This document shows, in pieces, positions 14,040-26,416 of a stretch of 64,000 bases of DNA; within the stretch, counting starts at the first letter, position 1, and each line of letters starts with the position of its first letter. The notes beneath the pieces were generated by a model, which was not told the origin of the DNA, searched no databases, and was given only the letters and a program-made list of their open reading frames with translations. The DNA is from the human T2T-CHM13v2.0 reference genome, Homo sapiens. The position numbers and the translations under genes were made by a program. The stretch is taken from NCBI RefSeq assembly GCF_009914755.1, contig NC_060933.1; one strand, 5' to 3'.

Positions 14040-14399
14040 ATGTGCCCCTACTTTAACAGGGAGGCCATGAAGGCTGTTTGGATTCCTGGGTGCCAACGTC
14101 AACGTGGTTCCCACATCCAAAAGCTCTGAGGATTTCCATTTGCCCTCGTTGCTTTACAGTTACCTGGGCAAAGGGCTGTAAGTTCCTTTGGGGGAAGGAC
14201 TGGGGAATCAATGCGGTAAACAATCTCTGTGGTGTTGCAGCCTCCTTCCTCCTGGGGACCAGCCTCTCCTTCAGGTTCTGGGTCTGGAAACTGGGCAAAG
14301 GATTCTGATTTCCCACGGGAGTAGCTGGCCTCAGCCTTCTGCTCCTCCATTCCTGTTCTTTCTTCATTCTATAGAGGAAGTGACACCGTATCGGTGTCA

Positions 14400-15807
14400 T
14401 CTACCCTGACCCTGGAAACATCTGGACCTACTGGGTGCCATGCTGACCTGGCTGCCCACTAGGGGATTATGTCCACCTGCTTCTGACAGCCAAGCACTGC
14501 CACAGTGCTCTGGTATTTAAGAATCTATACTTTTCACCAGGGATCCCAGTTCTGCAACAGCACCTCCCATCAACAGCCCTGGGCTACAACAACAGCCACC
14601 ACTGATCTCAACCATGTTGGTGCCTCCCTCATCAGCTCATTCCTGTCACTTCAATAAATGGTGCATCTGGAGCCTTCTAAGGACCACAGTCAGGGGTGGG
14701 CTTGGATCAGGTGTGGGAGGGCCACTCCAGCACACCTCCTCCTCCGAGCCTCTGATCCCCTCCGCCAGCCAGTCATGACAGCTCTGGCATCTTCGTTTAA
14801 TGAGACCCATTGCTTTGTCCAAGCATCCAAGAGCCCTCCCAGCAGCTCTTGGGGCTCTTGCCGAGTGGCAAATCCTGGGTTGTCGGGGAGTCTCAGTAGT
14901 GACAGGCTCTTGCTTATCCAGTTGTCCATCCCACCCTCTATGAACCAGCAGCATTAGAATCTGTCCCTCCCATGCATCTTGGCCAGGACGTGCAGCTCTT
15001 TGGTGGGTGTTCCTCCCTTCCCTTAGCAGGCCTACACTTGCTAAGTTGGGACACACTTTAATTTGATCCTAGTTATAGCTCTGGTGGCCAGGAGGGCAGA
15101 TCTTGAGCAGGGCCAGCAAGTCTTAGGACATCTCCTGCCCCGGTTGTGGCCCACTTCTCTGAACCCACATAGTTCAGGAGAACCTGGAGTTCAAGGTTCT
15201 CAGGTGCATCTACCCCAGTGGCTCCAGCACATGTTGCTGAGTCCCACTCCTTCCCTGTCAAGGCCCCACTTTTGGTGTAGGATAATTACCAGGACTGATG
15301 GTTTGACCTTCTCTGAAATTCTGCTGCTCTTCTGATTAGGTCCTGAGCCTTGTCCCCAGCTCTGTCTCCCTCCAGCTCTAGGGCATGAGCATCTCTTTAA
15401 ACCCTGCCTAGAAGCCCCTGCAGCTTTCGCGTTCACTTGGAATTGGTGATTGATCACTTTGAGGTCGTCATTTTCTCTCCTTAGGGCGTCCATGGCATTC
15501 AGCAGCTGCCACCAGTCCTACAATCCTTCTAGTTGCTATTCTCCCGAACTTCACGAACACTGGAGTTATTGCTCAAGCCAGCATATCCACGCTTCCCTGG
15601 ACTCTGTCCTGGCTCACTCTGGGTGGGAGATAATGAAAGCTACACACTAAAGTGTGCTAGGGACCATGGATTCTCTACCTACCAACAGTGATGGAGTCCT
15701 CACCAGGCTGCCAGTGAGTGATGGGACACAAGAATCCGTCTTTAAAGTTGACCACTAGCACTGCCCCCAAAACTCCTCCACCACCTGAGCTTCTCCACTG
15801 TGCTGCC
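14400..15807 (-). mobile_element. ERVL-class internal remnant (gag-like fossil; ERV3-16A3-type)
   Basis: Frameshifted minus-strand peptides DALRRENDDLK.. and GKEWDSATC.. resemble ERV-L gag motifs (..ENDELR..; IGKEWDPATW); adjoins an LTR16-like LTR; left boundary uncertain. Confidence 0.65.
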
Positions 15808-16575
15808 ACCTTAGGGTTGGATTCCACAGATGCAGAGGTTGAGAGAGATTCAGGGTCACATGGTAATATAGTTTGGCTCTGGGTCCCCACACAAGTCTCA
15901 TGTTGAATTGTAATATCCAGTGTTGGGGGAGGGACTTGGTAGGAGGTGATTAGATCATGGGGGTAGATTTTCTTCTTGTTGAGATAGTGAGTGAGTTCTC
16001 ATGAAATCTGGTCTTTTGAAAGTGTGTGGCACTTCCCCCTTCTCTCTCTCTCCTGCTCTGCCATGGTAAGCCATGCTTGCTTCCCCTTTCCCTTCCACTG
16101 TGATTGTAAGTTTCCTGAGGCTTCCCAGCCATGTTCCTGTATACCCTGTGGAACTGTGAGTCAATTAAACCTCTTTTCTTTATAAATTATCCCATCTCAG
16201 GCAGTTCTTTTTAGTAACGTGAGAAGGGACTAATATGTATGATTTATTGAGGAAGAGCTATCAGGAGAGAGGGAGGGAGGAAAGCAGGATAGGCAGGTGA
16301 AGGGGCTGAGCAGGAATGGTCTTGGCTGGAGCCTGGCCTCAGCCTGGCCCCATGGTGGGTTCTGGAGTATGAGCTGCACCACGAGAGTTGTCTCTTCTTG
16401 AGGCAGGGGGGCCTGGGCTTTTGAGCTCCTATGTCCATCAGCCACTCCTGGGGTGAGAGCAACTTGGCTGAGGACAATTGCCCAGAGGAAGGAGCAGTGT
16501 TCCCTGCAGCTGGAGAATAAGTACACAGCCCATGGAAGGGGGCCTGGGCAGGGCACCAGCAGCAGCCACTCCACA
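15808..16575 (-). mobile_element. LTR16-like ERVL LTR, split by an MST LTR
   Basis: Reverse complement begins tgtggagtggctgctgctggtgccctgcccagg..., contains aataaa and ends ...tccaaccctaag. Confidence 0.7.
15864..16237 (+). mobile_element. MSTA/THE1-type MaLR solo LTR
   Basis: atatagtttggctctg...gtaagtttcctgagg...gaactgtgagtcaattaaacctc...gactaata. Confidence 0.92.
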
Positions 16576-17214
16576 CTTTCACCCTTTTGGGAGCCAGAGC
16601 CAGGAGCCTTTCCTCCTTTTTTTCATTGTCTCCCTCAACTAAAAAACAGACAGTCTGGGCCCTAAAACCCTATGTGTGTGAATATGGTTCTTAGGTAATG
16701 AGTGTGTGGACTATGGAAAGGGAGGATCTAGCCTCAGACTCCAGCTCACACTGGGGCATACAAAGGCCTTGTGGGAGAGCTAGTTTGAGCACAGCTTGTG
16801 GCTATGCTAGAAGCTCCTCTGGTTCCAGCCAACATGACATGGTGTCAGGCTTTGGGGGACAGTGGATGAGCCTAGGAGTGAGAAGGGAGAGCTTCCATCT
16901 GGGTGCTTGCTTGGCCTAAGCCTGGCACTTGAAGCAGCAAGGGCCAGCATGGTTACCAAGCTGTGCAGGTCCAGTCTTCAACAGTGGCACCGTGTGGCCG
17001 AGAGAAGCACTAGCACCTGGCATTGTCAGGTTGGTCTCCCTTTCCTGAGATGGAGATATTCCATAGGGTTGTTAGATAATTGGGGGTGGCAATGGGGGAT
17101 GAGGGGTGAGGAGAGAAAATTCTTCAAGAGGAAGATACTGAATACTAATAGGGCCTGTGGAAACTCAAATTAGTAATATGAAGAACAAAAAAGAGGTTTG
17201 ACCGAATTTGCATT

Positions 17215-17800
17215 TTATTAAAACTAAGAAATTAACATTGGTATGATACTGCATTAGTTCATTCTCACACTGCTGTAAAGAAGCACCGAAGACTGGGTAA
17301 TTTATAAAGGAAAGAGGTTTAGTTGACTCACAGTTCCACATGGCTCAGGAAACTAACAATCATGGCTGAAGGCGAAGAGAAAGCAAGGACCTTCTTCACA
17401 TGGTGGCAGGAGAGAGAAGTACAAACAGGGGAAATGCCAGAGGCTTATAAAACCATCAGATCTCGTGAGAACTCACTCACTATCATGAGAATAGCATGGA
17501 GGAAGCTGATCCAATCACCTCCCACCAGGTCTCTCCCTCCACACGTGGGGATTATGGGGATTACAATTCAAAATGAGATTTGGGCAAAGACACAGAGCCA
17601 AACCATATCAAATGCTATTAACCAAACTACAGACTTTATTTGGATTTTTCCAGTTTTTCCATGGATGCCCTTTTTTGTTCCAGGATCCAGTCCAGGATAC
17701 CACATTGCATTTAGTCATCGTGTCTCCTTAGCCATCTAAAATTGGTGACAGTCTCTCGGTCTTTCTTTATCTTTCATGATCTTGACACTTTTGAAGAGTA
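17215..17800 (-). mobile_element. L1MC-type 3' remnant (split by THE1)
   Basis: ccaggatccagtccaggataccacattgcatttagtc...ttgacacttttgaagagta. Confidence 0.75.
17250..17610 (-). mobile_element. THE1-type MaLR solo LTR
   Basis: gactgggtaatttataaaggaaagaggttt...aaaccatcagatctcgtgagaac...gccaaaccatatca. Confidence 0.93.
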
Positions 17801-18178
17801 GTTCACCCTTTATTTTTATGTCAGTTCCAATTCTAGTCCTGTAAGCAAGCATATGATACCACCATTTCTGTGAATAAATTCAGATTTATAGATGCAAACA
17901 CACCTCCACATATCTATGTCTTTTGAGTGTATTTGTGTGTGTGGGTGTATGTAAATATTTGGACATGAGAATGTTCACTGTGCATATTTGTTATAATTTT
18001 TATATTTTTAGATTCCTGCTTCATTGGCAGTCGCAGATTCTGAAGCAAGTTCTTATTCTGGAAGGGGCAGGCGAGGGGTTCTGGAATGGGCTGGGGTTGG
18101 TACATCACAGGAAGGATGATGCCTGGGGCTGTGCTCGTTTAGGCATGGGCTGCACTGGTGTTCCCCCAGGATGGCAGG

Positions 18179-18558
18179 TGATATGGTTTGGATCTGTGTT
18201 CCCACTCAAATCTCATGTCGAATTGTAATCTCCAGTGTTGCGGGAGGGGCTTGGTGGGAGATGATTGGGTCAAGGGGGCGGAATTCCCCCTTGCTGTTCT
18301 TGTGATAGTGAGTGATTCTCATGAGATTTGGTTGTGTCAAGGTGTGTGGCACTCCCCCCGCTTTACTCTCTCTTCCACCTTCTCTGGCCACGTAAGCAAT
18401 GCTTGCTTCACCTTCCGCCAGATGGTAAGTTTCCTGAGGCCTCCCCAGCCATGCTTCGTGTACAGCCTGCAGAACTGTGAGCCAACTAAACCTCTTTTCT
18501 TTATAAATTACCCAGTCTCAGGTGGTTCTTTACAGCAATTCAAGAACAAAATAATACA
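18179..18558 (+). mobile_element. MSTA MaLR solo LTR
   Basis: tgatatggtttgg...taataca with perfect 5-bp TSD GCAGG (18174-18178, 18559-18563). Confidence 0.95.
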
Positions 18559-18869
18559 GCAGGTGAGGCCTCATTGCCAAGGGTGGACAGAGGAGAGAGC
18601 CTGCCCCCTGACTCTCTGGCCAAGTTTCTCACACCCTCAGCCAGAAATTGGTCTGATGCGTTCATCCATCAAGAGGGGCAGGCCATTCGAGGAAACACAG
18701 CTGTGGATGTGTGCGGGCACTGTCATGCTTATCAGCAAGCGTCAATGTCCACCCGTGTGAAAAGGGACTCTCACTCTCACGGGCTGGGTGACTTTGGGCA
18801 AATGACTTCTCCTTTCTGTGCCTGGGTTTCTCAGTTTATAAATGCAGAGTGGCAGGGTATTCTGGGCTC

Positions 18870-19207
18870 ATCAAATACAAATGTGATCTCCCACATTTCC
18901 CAGCCTCCCCGGCAGTTAGGCTGGGGCCATGTGGCGAGTTTTGGCCAATGGGCTGGGAGCACAGTGTGGCACTTGTCACTTTTGGGCTGAGGCAGTTCAG
19001 ACCCATGGGGTTTTCTTCATCACTTTCCTTTCCCACCTTAGTGACCCCAGAAGCACCTGTTCTACAGGGCCTGACCACAACATAGAGAAAGGCCAGCACC
19101 CCACAGGGGGCTTTGTGTGAGTGTGAAATATACTCTTACCATGAAAAGCCACTGACACTTGAGGTTGGTTTGTTGTTGCAGCAAAGCCCATCGGATCCTA
19201 AGTAATG
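18870..19207 (+). mobile_element. MLT1-type MaLR LTR
   Basis: catttcccagcctcc..gcagttagg..ggccatgtg..ggccaatgg ... aagccactga..ttg..gtttgtt..gcagca. Confidence 0.75.
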
Positions 19208-20123
19208 GTGATCATGCTCACTCCCGGTGAGTGGTGACGGGCACCAGGACCTCAGGAGTTGATGCGTCTGTGGGGATGCCTGTGGAGGCTGCTTCCTGGG
19301 CTTCCTGAGGATTCGGAGCTGGGGCAAGAGATAGCTGGTGGGTGCATTTTGTGAAAATGCTCAAGAAATTATTCTTATCATTCCTTAAGGAGACAAAATT
19401 TCTAGTAAGTTTAACTTCCAGACCCTCTTGGTAAAGGTTTTACCTCCCATGTAAGGGTGACTTTAGCAAAAATTAACAATTTATTGTATCAATGATGTGT
19501 TCCCGGTGGCTGAGGGCTGCTGAGATGTGGCAAATGGAGCCTGAGAGGGCCAAGTTCCCAGGGGAGGGGAGGGCAGCAAGGGGAGAGGCCTGTAGGATCA
19601 GGCTGATAATGGTTGCTCACCCCCACCCCAATCCTGACCATGAGGGCAGGGGAGGAGTCTGTTTGCAGAGTGTGGGGCCTGGAGCCACATGAAGTTTCTG
19701 TTGGGGGTCTAGACTTGGATGATGCAGGCATCATCATCATCGTCAGCTCATGTACAGAACCATCCATGTGCCAAGTCCCAAGCCGATAACTTTCTGAGCC
19801 TTAACTTAGTTCTCCCAGCATCCCAGTTGTCAGGCTCCCATGTTCCCAGTCTTAAGAACAAGGAATCCCAGGCTCTGAGACAGGAAGGGGTATGGCTGAG
19901 GAGGCAGAGCTGGAGTTGACTGCAGAGACTCCTGCTTTTGTTCACCACGTGCTGCTCTGCTGCTCCCCAGAAGGTGCCAAGCTCCGGATGGGGCCCTTAC
20001 TACCTGTCAAATCAGCACCGCCTCCCCTTCCCTGGACAGCCCCCTTGAAGGGCGATGGAAAAAATCCAGGGAAGGCTGAGTGGAAGAAGCGAACTTCAGA
20101 AAAACATCAATAGGGCAATACCA

Positions 20124-20125
<2 letters not shown>

Positions 20126-20170
<45 letters not shown>
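20126..20170. repeat. (TG)n microsatellite, ~22 units
   Basis: Uninterrupted tg run beside an Alu tail. Confidence 0.98.
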
Positions 20171-20171
<1 letters not shown>

Positions 20172-20467
20172 GTTGTTGTTTCTTTGTGTTCTTGTTTTGT
20201 TTTGTTTTATTTTTTGGAGATGGGGTCTTGCTGCATTGCCCAGGCATTGCGGCCTCGAACTTCTGGGCTCGACTGTTCCTCCTGCCTTAGCCTCCTGAGT
20301 AGCTGGGACTACAGGTGCGTGCCACCACGCCCACTAATTTTTAAATTTTTTGTAAAGATGGAGTCTTGCTATATTGTCCAGGCTGATCTTGAACTGGGCT
20401 CAAGCCATCCCTCTGCCTCAGCCTTTGAAACTGCTGGGATTACAGGTGTGAGCCACCACTCCTGGAC
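20171..20467 (-). mobile_element. Alu (AluJ-type, internally deleted)
   Basis: Diverged dimeric Alu. Confidence 0.9.
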
Positions 20468-20479
20468 GAAGACCATTTT

Positions 20480-20740
20480 TTAAAAGAAATGAAACCAAAA
20501 GCATCTATATGTTTCCATAGATCCATATGTATATGAAGGCATAGAGAAAAATCTGGAAGGATACACAGCTGACGGGTAACAGTTAGCTCCAGAGAGGGAC
20601 AGAGTAGAGGGTGGAGGTGGCTGGGGACACTATCTGTGATGCTTAGGTTTTTTTTTGTTTTGTTTTTGTTTTGACAATGACAATGCATTCATATATCACC
20701 TGTGTAATTAAGAATTCATTTACAAATTTTAAAAGGGCAA
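20480..20740 (+). mobile_element. Old L1ME 3' remnant
   Basis: gaaaaatctggaaggatacac...taacagt...atgcattcatatatcacctgtgtaatt. Confidence 0.6.
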
Positions 20741-20799
20741 TAACAAACAAATAAGCCAGCTGTTGTAGGAGAGCTGCAGCTTTGGGCTGCTTTTCTGCC

Positions 20800-20890
20800 A
20801 TGTTCACCTGCCCCTCGCTGAGTTCACTGCTTGGTCTCCAGCACCTGACACTTAGTAGGAACTCAGTAAATGTGTATGGAATGAATGAAG
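20800..20890 (+). mobile_element. L2 3' terminus (seed of the minisatellite)
   Basis: tctccagcacctgacacttagtaggaactcagtaaatg...gaatgaatgaa resembles the L2 tail (cctggcacatagtaggcactcaataaata...gaatgaatgaa). Confidence 0.7.
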
Positions 20891-22111
20891 AGGTGAATGA
20901 ATGGGTGGATGAGTGCATCTCAGTAAATGTGTATGGAGGGAATGAAGAGGTGAATGGGTGGATGAGTACATCTCAGTAAATGTGTATGGAGTGAATGAAG
21001 AGGTGAATGAATGGGTGGATGAGTGCATCTCAGTAAATGTGTATGGAGTGAATGAAGAGGTGAATGAATGGGTGGATGAGTGCATCTCAGTAAATGTGTA
21101 TGGAGGGAATGAAGAGGTGAATGAATGGGTGGATGAGTGCATCTCAGTAAATGTGTATGGAGGGAATGAAGGGATGAGTGAATGGGTGGATGAGTACATC
21201 TCAGTAAATGTGTATGGAGTGAATGAAGAGGTGAATGAATGGGTGGATGAGTGCATCTCAGTAAATGTGTATGGAGGGAATGAAGGGGTGAATGAATGGG
21301 TGGATGAGTACATCTCAGTAAATGTGTATGGAGTGAATGAAGAGGTGAATGAATGGGTGGATGAGTGCATCTCAGTAAATGTGTATGGAGGGAATGAAGG
21401 GATGAGTGAATGGGTGGATGAGTACATCTCAGTAAATGTGTATGGAGTGAATGAAGAGGTGAATGAATGGGTGGATGAGTGCATCTCAGTAAATGTGTAT
21501 GGAGGGAATGAAGAGGTGAATGAATGGGTGGATGAGTGCATCTCAGTAAATGTGTATGGAGGGAATGAAGGGATGAGTGAATGGGTGGATGAGTACATCT
21601 CAGTAAATGTGTATGGAGTGAATGAAGAGGTGAATGAATGGGTGGATGAGTGCATCTCAGTAAATGTGTATGGAGGGAATGAAGGGGTGAATGAATGGGT
21701 GGATGAGTACATCTCAGTAAATGTGTATGGAGTGAATGAAGAGGTGAATGAATGGGTGGATGAGTGCATCTCAGTAAATGTGTATGGAGGGAATGAAGGG
21801 GTGAATGAATGGGTGGATGAGTGCATCTCAGTAAATGTGTATGGAGGGAATGAAGGGATGAGTGAATGGGTGGATGAGTACATCTCAGTAAATGTGTATG
21901 GAGGGAATGAAGAGGTGAGTGAATGGGTGGATGAGTACAGCTCAGTAAATGTGTATGGAGGGAATGAAGGGATGAGTGAATGGGTGGATGAGTACAGCTC
22001 AGTAAATGTGTATGGAGGGAATGAAGGGATGAGTGAATGGGTGGATGAGTACATCTCAGTAAATGTGTATGGAGTGAATGAAGCGGTGAATGAATGGGTG
22101 GATGAGTACAT
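20862..22111. repeat. Minisatellite/VNTR, 22 units of 57 bp (unit 2 is 53 bp)
   Basis: Unit ctcagtaaatgtgtatggag(g/t)gaatgaag(a/g)g(g/a)tga(a/g)tgaatgggtggatgagt(g/a)cat; starts at 20862, 20919, 20972, then every 57 bp to 22055. Confidence 0.98.
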
Positions 22112-22779
22112 GAACATGTCAGATGTGATCCAAGTAGCACAGATGTGGGTGGAAGGATCACCTCCCTCTTTCCAGCCATGATGTCTCCATTGATGCAGTC
22201 TAAGACACCACTTGCTTACTGGTGGCTGCGTCTTGCTTGAGTGCAGGTAGGATGGTTTCCATTGAATTAAAATCCACCTCCTCCCAGTCCCATGCTCCTT
22301 AGGGGACGCAAGCAGCCGTCTTTCCTCCCTGTTCACGCCTCTCTTGTTATGCTCAGTTTCCTGCTGACTTTGTGTCCAGGCTTCTCATCACCGGAAAATC
22401 TCATTTGTCTGTCCCCACAGGCTCTTTAGGGAGGCAAGTAACCTCTTTAGGGAGGGGGCGTGAGTGGGGAGTGGATGGTGAGGAGAGAGTGCGGCCTCCA
22501 AAAATGGGAGGTCAAGGTGGATTCTGTGGCCTCTTTGAAGAGGCCCTGTCTGGCTCTACGTCCAGCTGCTGTGGTCCCGGAGGGAGTGGCCAGGGGCTGC
22601 GGCCTGATGTGGCGCACGCAGATGTCTCACCCGGCCCCATCTCTGGCAGAACTGCAGGCTCAGTGATGCCTCAAACCCATCCCCAGCCCCTCCCCCACCA
22701 CCTGGACCTTGCCGCCCCTGCCCCCACCTGGCCGTCCCCCGAGCCAGGGAGCTGGGGAGAGGAAACCACACACCGAGGC

Positions 22780-23255
22780 CCTATCTGATACTCATAAGTT
22801 TGCTCAAGCTTATGTAAATCACACAAAAACTGACAAGTTTTCCTATTAAAAGATAATTGTAATCAGGGTGCCGGACGTGCGGTGTGGGGCTGATTGGAGA
22901 TAGACGGACAGTACGAAAAGATGGATCGTTTTAATTTGCACCAATTATATTGAAGTTCATGGGATCATCTTCTTCAATCTTCATGAATACTTTATTTTCT
23001 GGCTGCTACAGAGCTATTAAAAAGAATGATTGAGGCACACGGCAGGCCGGGTATATTTTATGAAATATCACCTTTAAAGAATTTGAGTACGCCATTTTCA
23101 TAATGAGTTTTCTAGTACCTAATCCTCTTCTCTATTACTACATTTAAGAAGTGGATTGATCTGGGAAGTGCCCAAGGTGCAGGTAATGATACATTTTGCC
23201 AGGCGCAGGCGGTGATAATGGATCACGTTTTGGCGAGGAGGATAATGGATGGGTG
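22780..23255. promoter_or_regulatory. Candidate enhancer (AT-rich, CpG-retaining unique island)
   Basis: ATGTAAAT (22812), GATAATTG, CCAATTA, TTTTATGA, TGGATTGAT, GATAATGGAT x2 (23214, 23241). Confidence 0.5.
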
Positions 23256-23515
23256 CCCAGCGGAGGTGCGTGCAGGAGTGGGCGGTGTCCGTCCAGCCCC
23301 GATGGGGGCCTGTGCTGAGTCAGGTTCCTGTCCTTGCTTGGTGACTCTCCGGACTCCAGCTCCAGGCTGGCGAGGAAGGCGTGGAGGCCAGAAAAGGAGA
23401 GGACGAGGCGGGGGACCGGGGACGTGGGAGCTGAGATGGGGAAGGGCTCAGGGGTCTTGGGCCAGTGGGGAGGGGTCTGTAGGCTCAGCTGTAGGGAGAG
23501 GCTGGAGTTGCCTGG

Positions 23516-23935
23516 TGTGGGGTAAACGCCCCTGATAGCAGTAGCTTAAGCATGCCCTTAGAATGCCCCTGTAAGGCAGACACACCTGAAGGTGGGTTCT
23601 GAGCTAGGGAATCCGGGAGTGGCCAACCCGGAGGTTCATTCCTTGTCTATAGGAACATCTGAGACCCCCGCCCATCCTGTGGAAAAGAGGATTGAGGCTG
23701 TGAATGTTGCCACGTGGAGGTTGTTAAGTGGATGACACTAATTGAAAACGACGTATAAACTGCACGCTCTCTGCCGTGGTTGTGGTTCTCCTGTCCGGCC
23801 TGCCGCACCTAGACTCTCCACCTTGTATGTAAGCCCCTGGTAACCCCAAGGCTGGTTTGCTGGCTCTAGGTGTCTTCTTCAGCCTCTAGAACCTGGTGCC
23901 CACCCTACTGAGGTTGACACAGGGTCAGCACAACA
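23516..23935 (+). mobile_element. LTR47-like ERVL solo LTR
   Basis: TG...CA termini with perfect TSD CCTGG (23511-23515, 23936-23940); gagctagggaatccgggagtggccaacccggag motif. Confidence 0.85.
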
Positions 23936-25149
23936 CCTGGTTTGCCCTGAGCCAGGATCAGATGGGTTTTGGGGGAAGGGTACAGGATGGGGGAGTCTCT
24001 GAGCCCATGAGGAAATTGATGAACAGCAGCAGGACAGGACCTGCAACAGCCCCGGCCAAGGGCCTGGCCACAGCAGTCCCACTCCTGACTCCAGCTCCCT
24101 CTCTGGGCCTGTCTCCCAGGCACAGTGGTCTTTGGGGCTGGAGGAGACGGCAGATGAGGAAGGGGTTGCGGGTGGGTGAACTCATTTCAGAGTCAGCTGG
24201 GCCAGGGGGCCAAGGGGTCCCTGCCAGGATGGAGTGCTGGGGTCATCTGGTGTGTGGTCATGATGACAGCAGGGTCAAGGGCTAAGGTGTGACATGACAA
24301 GCCTGGCCAGGGGAGCCCAACCCCAGGGTCATGGCCCTGTCTCCTTGCCTCAGGTGCTGCCTGGGGGCGTCACCCTGGCCCTGCTAGGCCTGGCCCTGGG
24401 AGTCACAGCCCTAGTGGCTTCCTGAGATCCTTGGCCTTGGCCCTGGGCAGGGCAGGGCAGCCTGCGGGGAGAGGCAGAGAGAGGCGCCCCCGCGCCACCC
24501 CAGGCTAGGTCTCAGCTCCGCCACTTGGCCAGGCTTTCCTCCCAAGGCTTCAGCGGCAGCAGCCGTCATAATTAACCCTGCTAATTAATCAGGGCAGGAC
24601 GGATTAATTGAGATCACAGGAGACCAGGAGAGCAGGTGCGGCTTCGGGGCTGACGGGATAACGAGCTCTCTGGAAGCCCAGGGGGCCTGGCCCTGCCCAG
24701 GGGAGCCCTGGGCTCGCTCTGCAGTGAACTGCACCAGGCAGTGGCCCCAGGGACCCCACCCTACTGGGGTGTCCCGGGCCCGCTATGGCAGGCTGGCAGG
24801 CAGAGTCTCCCTCGTCCCCGCCGCCAGGCCCCAGCCTGGTGGAACCACGAGTTCCATCTGTGGCCCATGAGAAAGGAAGCCCCAGGCTGCCAGGGGCCAC
24901 TGCACAGAGTGGCAGGTAGGGTCAGGCACTGGAGCTCTTTCCCTACACCCGAGAGCAGGTCGCCTGCTGCCGCAGAGGGCCTGGGAAGGCACCTGTATCA
25001 GGGGCTAAGATGCCCTGAGAGAGGCCCTTCCTAAACCACAGAAGGGCTCAGCGGGATTCCTGCCGGCGAGTGCTGTGGCCACTTTCTGATTCCTAAACTC
25101 TCTAGCAGCTTCCACGATGAGGAGAATTTGGAAGATGCCTGACAGAGGC

Positions 25150-25350
25150 AGGGGCCCCAGTGAGGAGGCTTTGGCTGCAGCCCAGGCAGGCGGGTGGCTT
25201 GGACTTGGGCAGTGGCAGTGGAGGTGGAGAGGCGCCTCTTGGGTGGGAAACTGGAACTTTTGGACGGACTAGATACGGTGGATGAGGGGCAGAGGTCAGG
25301 GTGATTGCTGCATTTCCAGGAGGTTCTGCTCCTGGGATGGGGAGCGTGGA
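25150..25350 (-). mobile_element. L2 remnant
   Basis: ggtggcttggacttgggcagtggcagtggaggtggagagg... typical of the reverse L2 body. Confidence 0.55.
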
Positions 25351-25895
25351 GTGGGTTAGAAAGGCAAGAAGATGAGTTTTGGTTCTGGATCACAATCTCA
25401 ACTGCCTTTTAGACTCTGTCACTGCTGTCTTGTCCCAGCTCCCCCTCTTCCTGTTTCCCAACTTGTCGGGCTCTGGGACACTGCAGTCCACCCATGCCCT
25501 GGTCCTGGCTGGCTGGTGCTGCCTCCAGAGAACTGCTCCTCTCAATCTGTTCTAAGCTTCCCTTGCCAAGAAGCCTTCCCTGCTCCAAGGGAGCATGGGC
25601 CTACCTCTTCTGAGATCCCACCAGACCTTTGTGCCTTTGCTCATAAATGCCCTTCCCTCCCTGAAACCAGGTGAGCTCCTACGCAACCGTGAACACCCAG
25701 GGCTAATCTCATCTCTTCCTCTTCATTTGTCTGGGTTCCAGTAGCTTCTTCCTTGGAGCCTCCATTACACTTTGTATGACTCTGGCAACCACATGTCTGT
25801 CACCTTAAAGTTACTTTTGGAATAAGCTTGGTAATCGAAATTGCCAACTTATCGTATTGCTTAATCTTTATATAGGTATCATAAACTGTATATTC

Positions 25896-26193
<298 letters not shown>

Positions 26194-26210
26194 CATTTAT
26201 CCCTTTAAAG

Positions 26211-26416
26211 CAGGGTTTTTCAACCGCATTACTATTGACGATCGGAGCCGGGTGGCTCTTTGTTGTGGAGGGGTCCTGGCATTGTAGGATGTCTAACAGC
26301 ATCCTGCTCTCTACTCACTAGATGCCACTAGCACCCCCGAGTTGTGTCAAACAAAATGTCTCCAGGCATTACCAAGTGTCCCCTGGGGGGCAAAATTATC
26401 CCCTGTTGAAAACTTG
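26211..26416. mobile_element. MER20 (hAT-Charlie MITE)
   Basis: cattgtaggatgtctaacagcatcc...ctagatgcca.tagcacccc...aaaatgtctccaggcatt.ccaa.tgtcccctggggggcaaaat. Confidence 0.85.

Noticed and set aside
20862-22111. CRISPR-like array
   Set aside because: Units are head-to-tail with no unique spacers; no cas genes; primate DNA.
20852-22336. Three longest ORFs (494, 419, 407 aa) as a repeat protein
   Set aside because: They overlap on both strands and exist only because the 57-bp unit is a multiple of 3 and lacks stops in those frames; no promoter, splice or domain evidence.
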